Assembly: GCA_963789955.1 (NCBI GenBank)
Contig: CAWBMV010000006.1
Coordinates: 320,001-384,000, forward strand
DNA: 64,000 nt
Source: an uncultured Candidatus Rokubacteria bacterium
Lineage (GTDB): Bacteria > Methylomirabilota > Methylomirabilia > Rokubacteriales > CSP1-6
Direction of reading: 5' to 3'
Part shown: piece after piece, positions 23,627 through 33,576 of the stretch
Position numbering within the stretch: position 1 is the stretch's first letter
Layout: each line of letters opens with the position of its first letter
Position numbers and translations under genes: made by a program
Notes under the pieces: model-generated
The model's input: only the letters and a program-made list of their open reading frames with translations
What the model was told of the DNA's origin: nothing
Databases searched by the model: none

Positions 23627-24924
23627 TGATGCCTCAGCCGTAGGTGTTACCGGGGACCGACGGCAATGCCTCACAATGGAGTTACCGAAGATTCGGCGAC
23701 CCGGCGGCGCGAGTCGCCACATTTCCAGAGCCGATCGAGAGTATCGCCGATGTGGGTGGCGAGCGTCGCAGGGTCCACGGCCAGAAACTGAGCCTCGAGG
23801 GCACGACGGCCGTCCGCCGCGAGGGCGCCGGCGGCGAGCAAGCGCTGATACGGCGTCTGGGCGCGGTCATAGGCGCGCACGCGTTTACTGCCGACGCGGC
23901 GGGTGTGCAGCACTTTGCGAAAGGGCCGGAAGAAGTTCAGTTGCACGCGCAGCAAGTCGTACAGGCGTCGGAGCAGGCCGAAGGCGATGTGCGAGCTGTA
24001 GCGATCCCGACCCACGAGCCGACGCACCGCCAGCCAGTTGCGCAGTTCCACCCACGCCTGATCGTTCTTGCGATATTGCCGGCCGCGGGTGACACGGATG
24101 TTATGCCGACGGCAATAGCGCAGTAGTCCCCGGTTGAGGAATTCGCTGCCGTTGTCGGTGTGCCATTCGCGCAGGGGGACGGGCAGGCGCTGGTGCACAT
24201 GCTGCACGCCGGCGCCCACGCGGACGGCGCCCACGCCCCAGATCGGCTCGAGCTCGATCCAGCCGCTGGCGACGTCGACCGCCACCAGGCTCGCGAGGTG
24301 AAAGCCCTCGGTCGACTCCCCACAATGCAGGACCAGATCGGCCTGGACCGCGCCGGGCTGGCTGCCGGCCCATTCGCTCCACGTCCGCACCGGGATCTGC
24401 TGCTTCAACGCGCTCGCCGCCAGGGAGACGCGATACGGCTGCCGGCCCAGACGCGTGCGGCACGGCCGGAGGAAGCGATCGAGGGTGGCCGGACTGAGCG
24501 CGAGCAGCTGGCGGCGGTGGTCGGGGGCGATCCGCAGTCCGTGGCGTTCGAGCGCGGGGACGAGGGTCGGCAGCGCCGCCGCGAGCAGCTTGCCACACAG
24601 CCGATCGCTGATGTGCCAGAGGCGCTCGAGCGTGGGCACGAGGCTGCGATCGTACTGCACCCGGCGACCGGCGCGCCGCCGTGGCCGCGGCGTCCGAGCC
24701 AAGGCGCGGATCGCCGCCTTGCGATGACAGCGCAGCGTGCGGCAATACTCATCCAGGATCCGGCTCTTCATTTCGCGCTCCGCGGCCACGTATCGCCGCC
24801 GAACGGCTTCCGTGTACTCCGCACGCGCTGGCTTGGTCACCGGGCCTCCCTTCGGGTGTCCTGCTCGGTAACACCCTTTGTGAGGCATCGACCTCTTCGC
24901 CGGTAACAGTTCTAATGAGGCACA
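23627..24924 (-). mobile_element. Insertion sequence (~1.3 kb) with TG...CA ends and paired sub-terminal GGTAAC-N7-9-TGAGGCA repeats
   Basis: Motif on the - strand at 23630-23652 and 23667-23687 and on the + strand at 24866-24887 and 24901-24922, enclosing a single transposase. Confidence 0.75.
23671..24840 (-). CDS. DDE transposase, integrase-core type (family not assigned; ISNCY/IS481-like)
   Basis: GTG start after GGGAGG; N-terminal HTH-like ILDEYCRTLRCHRKAAIRAL; VQADLVLH (D), HTDNGSEF (D), KNDQAWVE (E); QTPYQRLL. Confidence 0.88.
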   Translation of the reverse strand: MTKPARAEYTEAVRRRYVAAEREMKSRILDEYCRTLRCHRKAAIRALARTPRPRRRAGRRVQYDRSLVPTLERLWHISDRLCGKLLAAALPTLVPALERHGLRIAPDHRRQLLALSPATLDRFLRPCRTRLGRQPYRVSLAASALKQQIPVRTWSEWAGSQPGAVQADLVLHCGESTEGFHLASLVAVDVASGWIELEPIWGVGAVRVGAGVQHVHQRLPVPLREWHTDNGSEFLNRGLLRYCRRHNIRVTRGRQYRKNDQAWVELRNWLAVRRLVGRDRYSSHIAFGLLRRLYDLLRVQLNFFRPFRKVLHTRRVGSKRVRAYDRAQTPYQRLLAAGALAADGRRALEAQFLAVDPATLATHIGDTLDRLWKCGDSRRRVAESSVTPL

Positions 24925-25056
24925 TCGCGACCTTGCGGCGCGCCGTTCGGGCGGAGTACGCTGGCGGGGCTCGCGGCCCCGGCCGCGCGTCGCCCCGAAA
25001 AACGTCAAGACGCCGGTGCCCTCCGAGGCGGACGGCGAGACAGGCGGAGTACGACG

Positions 25057-26841
25057 ATGAAGCCGACCATCCTGCCCGAGACCCCGCAGCCGTCACAAGC
25101 GCACGAGGAGCTCTGGTCGAGCGACGCGATCGCGCGCATGCTCCAGGCGCTCGACGTGCCGTGGGTCTCACTGGTGCCCGGGGCGAGCTTTCGCGGGCTC
25201 CACGACAGCCTGGTGAACCACACCGGCAACCAGCGTCCCCAGATGATCCTGTGCCTGCACGAGGGCGCCGCGGTCTCGGTGGCGCACGGCTACGCGAAGG
25301 CGAGTGGTCGGATGATGGCCACGATTCTCCACTCGAACGTCGGCTTGCTGAACGGCAGCATGGGCATCTTCAACGCGTGGTGCGACCGCGTGCCGATGCT
25401 GATCCTGGGCGCGACGGGACCGTGGGACGCGGCGAAGCGGCGCCCGTGGATCGACTGGATCCACACCGCGTCCGACCAGGGGGCGCTCGTGCGCGGCTAC
25501 ACCAAGTGGGACAACCAGCCGGCGTCCGTTCCGGCGGCGTACGACGCGCTCCTGCGCGCCGCCCAGATGGCGACCACGGCCCCGCACGGCCCGACGTACG
25601 TCAACCTCGACGCGGCGCTCCAGGAGTCGAAGCTCGGCGCGCTCCCGCCGCTTCCAGACCCGTCGCGATTCGCCGCGCCGGATTCGCCGCGCCCCGCGCC
25701 CGAGCTGATCGCCCGGGCGGCGGCACTGTTGTCGGGCGCGACCGCTCCGGTGATCCTGGCCGGCCGCGGCCGGCGCACGCTCGATGCCTGGCGCGCGCGA
25801 ATCGCGCTCGCCGAGAAACTCGGCGCGAGCGTGATGACCGACCTCAAGACGGGCGCGAGCTTTCCGACGCGTCATCCGCTGCACCTCGGCCCGCCCGGCA
25901 CGTATCTCTCGGAGCCCGCGGCGGCGGCCGTGCGCGAGGCCGACGTGATTTTGGCGCTCGACTGGATCGATCTGGCGGGCACGCTCAAGCAGGTCTACGG
26001 CGAGCGCCCGATCTCTGCCAAGATCGTCTCGGCGTCGTGCGACGTCCACGTGCACCGGGGCTTCAGCATGGACTACTTCGGGCTCCCGCCGGTCGACGTG
26101 AATCTGCTGAGCGAGCCCGACATCGCCGTGCGGCTCCTCCTCGAGGCGGGCACGCCGCGCGCTCATGCCGCGGGTTCCGCGAGCGTGCCGGAAGCGAGCC
26201 GGCGCGTCCACGACGTCTTGAGCCTGCGCGCCGTGGCCGCGGCGCTCAACGACGCGACCGAGGGCGTGGAAGTCTGCCTGACACGGCTGCCGCTCGGCTG
26301 GCCGGGAGAGGCGAGACACTTCGCGCATCCGCTCGACTATCTCGGAGGCGACGGCGGCGCTGGAGTCGGCGCCGGACCAGGGATCACGGTCGGCGCCGGT
26401 CTGGCTCTGAAGGGCTCGGGACGGATTCCGATCGGTCTGATCGGCGACGGTGACTATCTGATGGGGGTCACCGCCCTGTGGACCGCGGCGCACTACCGGA
26501 TCCCGTGCCTGTTCATCGTCTGCAACAACCGCTCGTTCTACAACGACGAGGCGCACCAGGAGCGCGTCGCGCGGATGCGCGGCCGGCCCGTCGAGAACAA
26601 GTGGATCGGTCAGCGCATCAACGAGCCCGACATCGATCTCGCCGCGATGGCGGTGGCTCAGGGCGCCAAGGGCATCGGTCCCGTCACCGAGCCCGAGCAG
26701 CTACGGAGCGCGATCGCGCAGGGGCTACGCGCGGTGCGCGACGGTGAGGTGTGCGTGATCGACGCGCGCGTGCGACCCGGATACGACGCCGACATCAGCG
26801 GGGAGCGCGCGACGCGACAGGAGCCGGTCGGAAGAGCGTAA
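25057..26841 (+). CDS. Thiamine-diphosphate-dependent enzyme (acetolactate synthase/benzoylformate decarboxylase-like)
   Basis: PGASFRGLHDSLVN, HEGAAVSVAHGYAK, GDGDYLMG...CNNRSF ThDP motif. Confidence 0.9.
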   Translation: MKPTILPETPQPSQAHEELWSSDAIARMLQALDVPWVSLVPGASFRGLHDSLVNHTGNQRPQMILCLHEGAAVSVAHGYAKASGRMMATILHSNVGLLNGSMGIFNAWCDRVPMLILGATGPWDAAKRRPWIDWIHTASDQGALVRGYTKWDNQPASVPAAYDALLRAAQMATTAPHGPTYVNLDAALQESKLGALPPLPDPSRFAAPDSPRPAPELIARAAALLSGATAPVILAGRGRRTLDAWRARIALAEKLGASVMTDLKTGASFPTRHPLHLGPPGTYLSEPAAAAVREADVILALDWIDLAGTLKQVYGERPISAKIVSASCDVHVHRGFSMDYFGLPPVDVNLLSEPDIAVRLLLEAGTPRAHAAGSASVPEASRRVHDVLSLRAVAAALNDATEGVEVCLTRLPLGWPGEARHFAHPLDYLGGDGGAGVGAGPGITVGAGLALKGSGRIPIGLIGDGDYLMGVTALWTAAHYRIPCLFIVCNNRSFYNDEAHQERVARMRGRPVENKWIGQRINEPDIDLAAMAVAQGAKGIGPVTEPEQLRSAIAQGLRAVRDGEVCVIDARVRPGYDADISGERATRQEPVGRA

Positions 26842-27089
26842 CGCCGCGGCGCGGGCCGCCGGCGCTTACCGGCGGCTCCGCGTGCGATCCTCAGGGCGCC
26901 TGAATCTCGCGGACGCCGGCACCATGGAGAGCATGCTCTCCCGATTGCCGGTCTGAACGTAGCGCGCGTCGACTGCATCGCCCGGCCGGACGTCGTACAT
27001 CGCGATCTCCGCGGTCGGAGCGACGAAGACGCGGTCGCGGTCGCTCGATCGGGCTGCGGCTGGCGAGACCTGAACGGGAGGGAGCGATC

Positions 27090-28047
27090 ATGGCGCGATT
27101 GACTCGCGAAGACGTGCTGAAGAAAGCCGAAGCGCTCAAGAACTGGGGCAAGTGGGGACCCGACGACGAGATCGGCGTCCTCAACTACATCACGCCCGAG
27201 GACATCGTCAACGCGGCCCGGCTGGTGAAGAAGGGCAAGGTCTTTCGTCTCGGCCTCGAGCTCGACGAGAACGGGCCTCAGCGCGGCATCTTCGGCGGAC
27301 GCTGGAACCCGATGCATCAGATGCTCGCGACGGGCACCGACGCCGTCGCCGGCAAGCACGACGTGACGCCGGGCCTTCGCTACGCGGACGACGCGATCAA
27401 CCTGCCGACCCAGGCCGCCACGCAGTGGGACGCGCTGTCGCACGTGTTCCTCGTCGACAAGATGTGGAATGGCTATCCGGCGACCTGGTCGACAGTCGCG
27501 GCGCCCATCGGAACGGCATCGAGAAGTTCGCGAACAAGATGGTCGGCCGGGGTGTGCTGCTCGACGTGGCGCGCTGGAAAGGGCGTGGCCTGCCTCGCGG
27601 ACGGCTATGGGATCACGGTCGCCGACCTCGACGCGACCGCGCATGCTCAGGGCGTCACCGTGCGCCGCGCCGACTTCGTGATCATCCGCACGGGACAGAT
27701 GGAAGATCGGCTCGCGCGCGGCGAGTGGGGCGGCTACGCCGGCGGCGACGCTCCCGGGCTGGCGTTCGAGACGCTCGACTGGATCCACGGCAAGCAGATC
27801 GCCGGCATCTGCAGCGACACCTGGGGAATCGAGGTCCGGCCCAACGACACCGGCCCCGACGTCTTCCAGCCCTGGCACTGGGTCACGATCCCCGCGATCG
27901 GGATCGTGCACGGCGAGATCTTCTATCTGAAGGAGCTCGCCGAGGACTGTGCCGCCGACCGCGTCTACGAGTTCTTCTTCTGCGCGCCGCCGCTCGTCAT
28001 CTCCCAAGGGCACCGGATCGCCGATCAACCCTCAGGCGATCAAGTAG
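27090..28047 (+). CDS. Cyclase-family (kynurenine formamidase-like) metal-dependent hydrolase; several indels
   Basis: NWGKWGPDDEIGVLN, TQWDALSH, GRGVLLDVAR, IIRTG, FFFCAPPL, GSPINPQAIK* across frames. Confidence 0.88.
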
Positions 28048-28060
28048 CGCGGCGCGGCCT

Positions 28061-28810
28061 TCAGCCGCGCCCGAGATGACCGACGATCGTCTTCTGGTAG
28101 TCGAGGAACGCGACGCTCAGCGGATCGCGAGGGCGGGGGAGCGTGATGCGCGTCTGGGCGCGGACCGTGCCCGGGTGCGGCGAGAGGACGATCACGCGAT
28201 CGGCCAGGTAGACGGCCTCCGCCACGTTGTGGGTGACGTAGAGAACCGTCTTGCGCGTTTCCTCCCAGACGCCGACGAGAAAGCGCTGCATCTCGTCCCG
28301 GGTCAGCGCGTCGAGCGCCGCGAACGGCTCGTCCATCAGCAGGACCGACGGGTTGTAGGCGAGCGCGCGGGCGATGGCCACGCGCTGCTGCATCCCGCCG
28401 GAGAGCTCGTGCGGGTAGGCGGCGGCGAAGCGCTCGAGGTCGACCAGCTTGAGGAAGCGCCGCGCCGTCTCGGCGCGCTCCGCCGCGGCGACGCCGCGCA
28501 TCTGAAGCCCGAACTCCACGTTGCGCTGCGCCGTCCGCCACGGAAAGAGCTGGGCGAAGTCCTGGAAGACCACGCCGCGGTCGCCACCGCGACCGGTCAC
28601 GACCTCGCCGCCGATGCGGATCTCGCCCGCGGTCGGCCGGAGAAATCCCGCGACGATGTTGAGCAGGGTGGTCTTCCCGCAGCCGCTCCGGCCGACGATG
28701 CAGAGAAACTCCGAGGCGGCGACGTCGAAGCTGACCTCGCTCAGCGCCGTGACGGGGCCGTCGGTGCCGGCGTAGGCATACCCGACCTTGGAGAGCTCGA
28801 TGTGCGGCAT
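28061..28810 (-). CDS. NitT/TauT ABC transporter ATP-binding protein
   Basis: GRSGCGKTT, LSGGMQQR, LLMDEPFAALD, VTHN. Confidence 0.93.
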   Translation of the reverse strand: MPHIELSKVGYAYAGTDGPVTALSEVSFDVAASEFLCIVGRSGCGKTTLLNIVAGFLRPTAGEIRIGGEVVTGRGGDRGVVFQDFAQLFPWRTAQRNVEFGLQMRGVAAAERAETARRFLKLVDLERFAAAYPHELSGGMQQRVAIARALAYNPSVLLMDEPFAALDALTRDEMQRFLVGVWEETRKTVLYVTHNVAEAVYLADRVIVLSPHPGTVRAQTRITLPRPRDPLSVAFLDYQKTIVGHLGRG

Positions 28811-28817
28811 CCGCGGC

Positions 28818-29586
28818 TCAGGTCCGCACGGTCTTCACCATGCCCCAGCGGCCCACGGTCCGGTGCTCGAGCATCTGGAAGACCAGCCGCTCGATGCCGA
28901 GACCGAGCACGCCGATGACGAGCAGGCTGCCGAGCATGACGTCCGTGTCGAGGTATTCCTTGGAGTCGAAGATCACCCAGCCGAGGCCCCAGCTGGTCGC
29001 GGCGATCATCTCGCCGCCGACGACCGCGATCCACGCTCGCGCGAACGCCTGGCGCAGCCCGGCGATCACGAACGCCAGCGATCCCGGGAGCACGACGCTG
29101 GCGGAACACGGCGCGCTCACCGGCTCCCATCGTTTCGGCCGCGCGGATCCAGATCCGGTTCACCGACTTCACGCCGGTCCACGTGTTGAGGATCACCGGG
29201 AACGTGGCGGCGTAGAGCACGAGCGCGATGCTCGCTGCGTTGCCGAGGCCGAACCAGAGAATGAAGAGCGGCACCCACGCGAGCGACGGGATCGGGCTCA
29301 GCACGGTCACCAGCGGCAGCACGAACGATTCGACCCGGCGGAAGCGCCCCATGAGCATGCCGATCGGCACGCCGATGACCAGCGCCAGCGCGAGACCCAC
29401 GACGATCCGGAACATCGTGTACGCGATGTGCACGAAGAGGGTCCCGTTCAGCGCCATGCGCCCGATCGCGGCGCCGATCGCCAGCACGGACGGCGTGATG
29501 GCCGGAGGGAGCATGCCGCTGCGCGCGAACACCTCCCACGCCGCGGCCGCGAGGCCGAACGAGAGCACGATGCCGAGCGGGCTCAT
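28818..29586 (-). CDS. NitT/TauT ABC permease; indel near 29100
   Basis: PIPSLAWVPLFILWFGLG, AAETMGA, VVLPG, EMIAATSWGLG. Confidence 0.88.
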
Positions 29587-30383
29587 CGCGTGAGCATGCC
29601 CCAGCGGACCACGGTGTAGCGCTCGAGCCGCTCGAACACGAGCTTCTCCAGCACCAGGCCGACGATGCCGATCATCGCCAGGCCCGCGAGCATCACGTCG
29701 GTGTTCAAGAATTCGCGCGCGCCGAAGATCAACCAGCCGAGACCGAAGCCGACGGCCGTGAGCATCTCCACCGCGACCAGCACGCGCCAGGCGCGCGCCA
29801 GGCCGAGGCGCAGGCCCGTGAGCACGTAGGGGAGCGCGCCGGGCAGCACGACCGACCGGAAGAGCTGGTGCTCCTGCGCGCCCATCGACTGCGCCGCCCG
29901 GACCCAGATCTCCTTGACCGCACGCACGCCGGACCAGGTGTTCACCGCGATCGGGAAGGCGGCCGCGAACGCGACCAGCAGGATCGCCGGCAGGTTGCCG
30001 AGCCCGAACCAGATCACGAACAGCGGCGCGTAGGCGAGGCCCGGAATCGGGTTGCCGACGCTCACGATGGGCAGCAGCAGACGCTCGGCCCAGCGCGAAC
30101 GGCCCATCAGCATGCCCACCGTCACGCCCACGATCGCGCCGAGCACGAAGGCGACCGCCAGACGCCCGAGCGTCGCGAGCGCGTGAGCGGGCAGGATGCC
30201 GCTGACGATCAGGCGCACGAAGGTCGCGACGACCTTGTCGACGCCTGGGAAGAGCCGGGGCGGGAACGGACCGAACATCGCGAAGGCCTGCCAGAGGATC
30301 GCGACCGTGAGGAACGGCGCGGCGGCCCCCGCGGCGGACGCGAGCGCATGGCGCAGGGTGGTCGAGACCCCCCGACTGTACAA
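29583..30383 (-). CDS. NitT/TauT ABC permease
   Basis: PIPGLAYAPLFVIWFGLG, AAQSMGA, VVLPGALP..LTGLRLG. Confidence 0.9.
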   Translation of the reverse strand: MYSRGVSTTLRHALASAAGAAAPFLTVAILWQAFAMFGPFPPRLFPGVDKVVATFVRLIVSGILPAHALATLGRLAVAFVLGAIVGVTVGMLMGRSRWAERLLLPIVSVGNPIPGLAYAPLFVIWFGLGNLPAILLVAFAAAFPIAVNTWSGVRAVKEIWVRAAQSMGAQEHQLFRSVVLPGALPYVLTGLRLGLARAWRVLVAVEMLTAVGFGLGWLIFGAREFLNTDVMLAGLAMIGIVGLVLEKLVFERLERYTVVRWGMLTR

Positions 30384-30387
30384 GGCG

Positions 30388-31386
30388 TTAGCGGGCGGCC
30401 TTCGCCTTCGCCAGCAGATCCCGGTTGAGCGAGCGGCTCAGGTCGGGAACCGCCTTGATCCGGCCCTCGATCGTGCCGGCCACCAGATCCTTCGCCTGAT
30501 CCTTCAGGTAGGTCTCGATCGCCGGCGTGATATCCGGCTCCCACCGCATCCGGCGAAGCGCCTTGTCGATGACCGCGACGGGCACCTCGCGGCCGAGCGA
30601 CTTTTGTTCGTCCGTGTACACGGCGGCCGCCTTCTCGGGCTCGTCCTTGAGGAGCTTCACGGCGCGCAGCCAGCCGCGCAGGTAGGCGACGACGGCGTCG
30701 GGCTGCTCCTTGAGGATCTTGTTCGTCACCGTGAGCATGAACGGCATCTGATCGTACTTGCAGAAGTTGTCGATGGCCCGCACGAGCCCCTCGTGCTCGG
30801 CGATCGCCACGAAGGGATCGGCGACCGTCGCCGCGTCGATCGCCTTGGCCAGAAGGCTCGGGATGCGATCCTTCGCGTCCGGGATGTTCGGCGTCTCGAG
30901 GTCGCCGGGCTTGAGCCCGTAGCTCGGCATGACCTTCGACAGGAAAATGAACTCGGTGACCGTGCCCTTCGGGATCCCGACCTTCTTGCCCTTGAGCTGG
31001 CCGACGTTGTTGATGTCGGACTCTTTCCGCACGACGATGTGGTTGGTGCCGCAGAAGATCGAGTTCACCGCGACCGCGGTGTAGGGCACGCCCTTGTCGA
31101 GCCCGATCATGAACGGGGTCGTCGCCGTCGAGTTCACGTCGATGGCCCCGGCGATCATCGCGTCGCGCCCTTCCTTGCCGAGCGCGAACCGGCGCCAGTC
31201 GACCTCGAGCCCCTCCTGCTTGAAGTAGCCTTGCCGGATCGCGATCACGTCGGGCACGCCCATCAGCTGGGTGTGAACGCCCAGCCGGATCTTGAGCGGG
31301 CGCGGCTGGGCCGCGGCGATCGCGCCCGCGACCAGAACGAGTCCGAGCACGGCCGAAAGCGCCGCACAGCGTTTGCGCGTCATCAC
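30388..31386 (-). CDS. NitT/TauT (SsuA-like) ABC substrate-binding protein
   Basis: Signal peptide; QGYFKQEGLEV, LKGKKVG, DAATVADPF. Confidence 0.9.
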   Translation of the reverse strand: MMTRKRCAALSAVLGLVLVAGAIAAAQPRPLKIRLGVHTQLMGVPDVIAIRQGYFKQEGLEVDWRRFALGKEGRDAMIAGAIDVNSTATTPFMIGLDKGVPYTAVAVNSIFCGTNHIVVRKESDINNVGQLKGKKVGIPKGTVTEFIFLSKVMPSYGLKPGDLETPNIPDAKDRIPSLLAKAIDAATVADPFVAIAEHEGLVRAIDNFCKYDQMPFMLTVTNKILKEQPDAVVAYLRGWLRAVKLLKDEPEKAAAVYTDEQKSLGREVPVAVIDKALRRMRWEPDITPAIETYLKDQAKDLVAGTIEGRIKAVPDLSRSLNRDLLAKAKAAR

Positions 31387-31424
31387 GCTACCTCCGGGGG
31401 AAGAATCGAGCGGTAGTCGGGCGG

Positions 31425-31453
31425 ACTCTAGAAGCGCCCCGGAATCTTGTCAA
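31425..31453 (-). promoter_or_regulatory. sigma70 promoter for the ABC operon 31386->28061
   Basis: TTGACA-N17-TAGAGT on the - strand; a divergent extended -10 (TGcTACGAT, 31469-31477) serves the LVIVD gene. Confidence 0.65.
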
Positions 31454-31498
31454 GCCGCCGGCGGGAGGTGCTACGATCCCGGGCCGGGGAGAACTGCC

Positions 31499-32719
31499 AT
31501 GACACCGAACGGTGCCCTCTCGAAGAACATGCGGCTCCTGGGCCACAACGACCTCGGCGGGTTCGGCAACTGCGGCGAGGGCATGGCCGTCCAGCTCGCG
31601 CGCGACGGGCGGCGCGTGCTGTGGCTCGGCCACGAGTCGGCGCCGAAGAACTTCACCGCGGTGGACGTGACGGATCCGCGCAAGCCCTCGGTCATCGTCC
31701 AGACCGATCTGCCCCACGGCGACATGCGCTCGAACAACCTCGACCTGGTGGGCGATCTGCTGGTGGTGCCCTACCAGACGAGTCGCGCCGGCGCCCAGCC
31801 GGCCGGCGTCGAGTTCTTCGACGTGGCCGACCCGAGCAAGCCGCGCTCGATCGCGTTCTTCGACGCGTCCGGGCCGCACTCGCGCGGCGTGCACCATCTG
31901 TGGTTCGTCGACGGCGCCTATCTGCACCTCGCGAGCGGCGCGCCGGACTTCAAGCCCAGAAATCCGAAGGACGATCAGTTCTATCGGATCATCGACGTGC
32001 GGCAGCCCACGCGGCCGGTCGAGGTGGGGCGCTGGTGGCTCCCGGGTACGCGCGACGGCGACCCCGAGCCGCCGCCGGTCCGGCATCCGAAATTCGACGC
32101 CGGCTTTCGCGCGCACAACACGAACGTCTACCCGCGCCGGCCCGACCGCGCGTGGATCGGCTACATCGACGGCGGCGCGATCGTGCTGGACATCTCGGAC
32201 ATGGCGCGGCCGCGTCTCCTGAGCCGGTGGGACTACCACCCGCCGTACCCGGGCTTCACGCACACGTTGCTGCCGCTCTTCGACCCTCAGCTCGTGATCG
32301 TCTCCGACGAGGCGACCGCCGAAGCGGGCAAGGACTGGCCGAAGCTCGTGTGGGTCGTCGACATCCGTGACGAGACGAATCCGGTGCCGCTCTCGACCTT
32401 CCCGATCCCGGCGGTGGCCGAGTTCGGAGGGCGAGGCGGACGATACGGCGCCCACAACCTGCACGAGAACCGGCCCGTGGCGAGCAATCTGGTGTCGGAG
32501 AAGCTGATCTTCGGCACCTACTTCAACGGCGGCGTACGCGTCCACGACGTGTCGGACCCGTTCCGGCCCGAGGAGGTCGCCTACTACGTGCCCGAAGCGC
32601 CGCGCGGCTCGCGCGCGGGCGCCGTGCAGATCAACGACGTGCTGGTCGACGAGCGCCGCGTCGTCTACGCCGTCGATCGCCTGATCGGCGGACTCTACAC
32701 GCTCGAGCTCCAGGTCTAG
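31499..32719 (+). CDS. LVIVD-repeat beta-propeller protein
   Basis: KNMRLLGHNDLGG, repeated xDVxDPxKP units (VDVTDPRKP, FDVADPSKP, IDVRQPTRP, LDISDMARP, HDVSDPFRP). Confidence 0.85.
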   Translation: MTPNGALSKNMRLLGHNDLGGFGNCGEGMAVQLARDGRRVLWLGHESAPKNFTAVDVTDPRKPSVIVQTDLPHGDMRSNNLDLVGDLLVVPYQTSRAGAQPAGVEFFDVADPSKPRSIAFFDASGPHSRGVHHLWFVDGAYLHLASGAPDFKPRNPKDDQFYRIIDVRQPTRPVEVGRWWLPGTRDGDPEPPPVRHPKFDAGFRAHNTNVYPRRPDRAWIGYIDGGAIVLDISDMARPRLLSRWDYHPPYPGFTHTLLPLFDPQLVIVSDEATAEAGKDWPKLVWVVDIRDETNPVPLSTFPIPAVAEFGGRGGRYGAHNLHENRPVASNLVSEKLIFGTYFNGGVRVHDVSDPFRPEEVAYYVPEAPRGSRAGAVQINDVLVDERRVVYAVDRLIGGLYTLELQV

Positions 32720-32723
32720 GCGG

Positions 32724-32758
32724 TGCTGAAAAGGACCCGAGCCGGGTCCTTTTCAGCA
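32724..32758. terminator. Bidirectional hairpin between the convergent LVIVD and SOD genes
   Basis: TGCTGAAAAGGACCCG-AGC-CGGGTCCTTTTCAGCA, perfect 16-bp stem. Confidence 0.75.
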
Positions 32759-32772
32759 TCCTTATGAAGCGC

Positions 32773-33417
32773 CTAGGCGGCAGACGCCGGACGGATCGCG
32801 CCGGTTTCGCGCAGGCGCTGGTCCACGGCGGTCCAGTCGATATTCTTGAAGAACGCTTCGACGTACTTCGCGCGCTCCGAAGCCTTGTAGTCACGCATGA
32901 ACGCGTGCTCCCACACGTCCATGACCAAGATAGGCTTCCAGCGCGCCGGGATCCCGTCTTGATGGAGGCTGATCCACTGGTTGATCAAGCGGCCGTTGAC
33001 CGGATCCTCGTAGAGGATCACCCAGCCGATGCCGCGCATGCCGCCGATGGCCTGGAAGTTCTCCTGCCAGTGATCGACTGATCCGTAGCTCTCGGTGAGC
33101 GCTCGGCCGAGGCCCTGCCGGTCCGTGGGACGGGCTTCGCCGCCCGGCTTCAAGTTCGAGAAGTAGAGCTCGTGCAGGACCATGCCGTCGTACTCGTACG
33201 CGAGCCGACGAGTTCCCTCCGCGAGGCTGAAGTCTTGTCCTGTCTCGCCGCGCTCGGCCCGCATCTCGGAGAGCTCCTGCACCAGCGAGTTCACTTGCTT
33301 GACGTAACCGGCATAGAGATCGAGGTGCTCGGTGACCTGCGCGTCCGAGAGCCCGGTGAGCCCTCGCAGATGATCGAAGGATTTTGCGGTGTACACAGTG
33401 CGGCCGTCTTTCTTCAT
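32773..33417 (-). CDS. Fe/Mn superoxide dismutase family protein (divergent, ChrC/ChrF-like)
   Basis: EHLDLYAGYV, LHELYFSNL, GIGWVIL, ILVMDVWEHAF. Confidence 0.88.
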   Translation of the reverse strand: MKKDGRTVYTAKSFDHLRGLTGLSDAQVTEHLDLYAGYVKQVNSLVQELSEMRAERGETGQDFSLAEGTRRLAYEYDGMVLHELYFSNLKPGGEARPTDRQGLGRALTESYGSVDHWQENFQAIGGMRGIGWVILYEDPVNGRLINQWISLHQDGIPARWKPILVMDVWEHAFMRDYKASERAKYVEAFFKNIDWTAVDQRLRETGAIRPASAA

Positions 33418-33448
33418 CGTCTCTCAGAACCTCCTGCGCCCGGAATCC

Positions 33449-33502
33449 TGGAAGATCCGTGCCAGCCGGACCGAGCGCAGACGCACGGGCACGACCCATG
33501 CA
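33449..33502. promoter_or_regulatory. Back-to-back sigma54 (-24/-12)-like promoters
   Basis: - strand TGGCAC-GGATC-TTCCA (33449-33464, imperfect -12) toward SOD; + strand GGGCAC-GACCC-ATGCA (33487-33502) toward DUF1328. Confidence 0.5.
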
Positions 33503-33576
33503 GCACGATGACGGTGCGCCAACGGAGTTGTCGTGGCCAGCTGGAGTGAACGGATCGCAGACGGAGGGAGATCGCG

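Noticed and set aside
23630..24922. GGTAAC...TGAGGCA boxes as Xer/dif or integron att sites
   Set aside because: They do not match the dif consensus, and their symmetric placement around a DDE transposase fits IS ends better.
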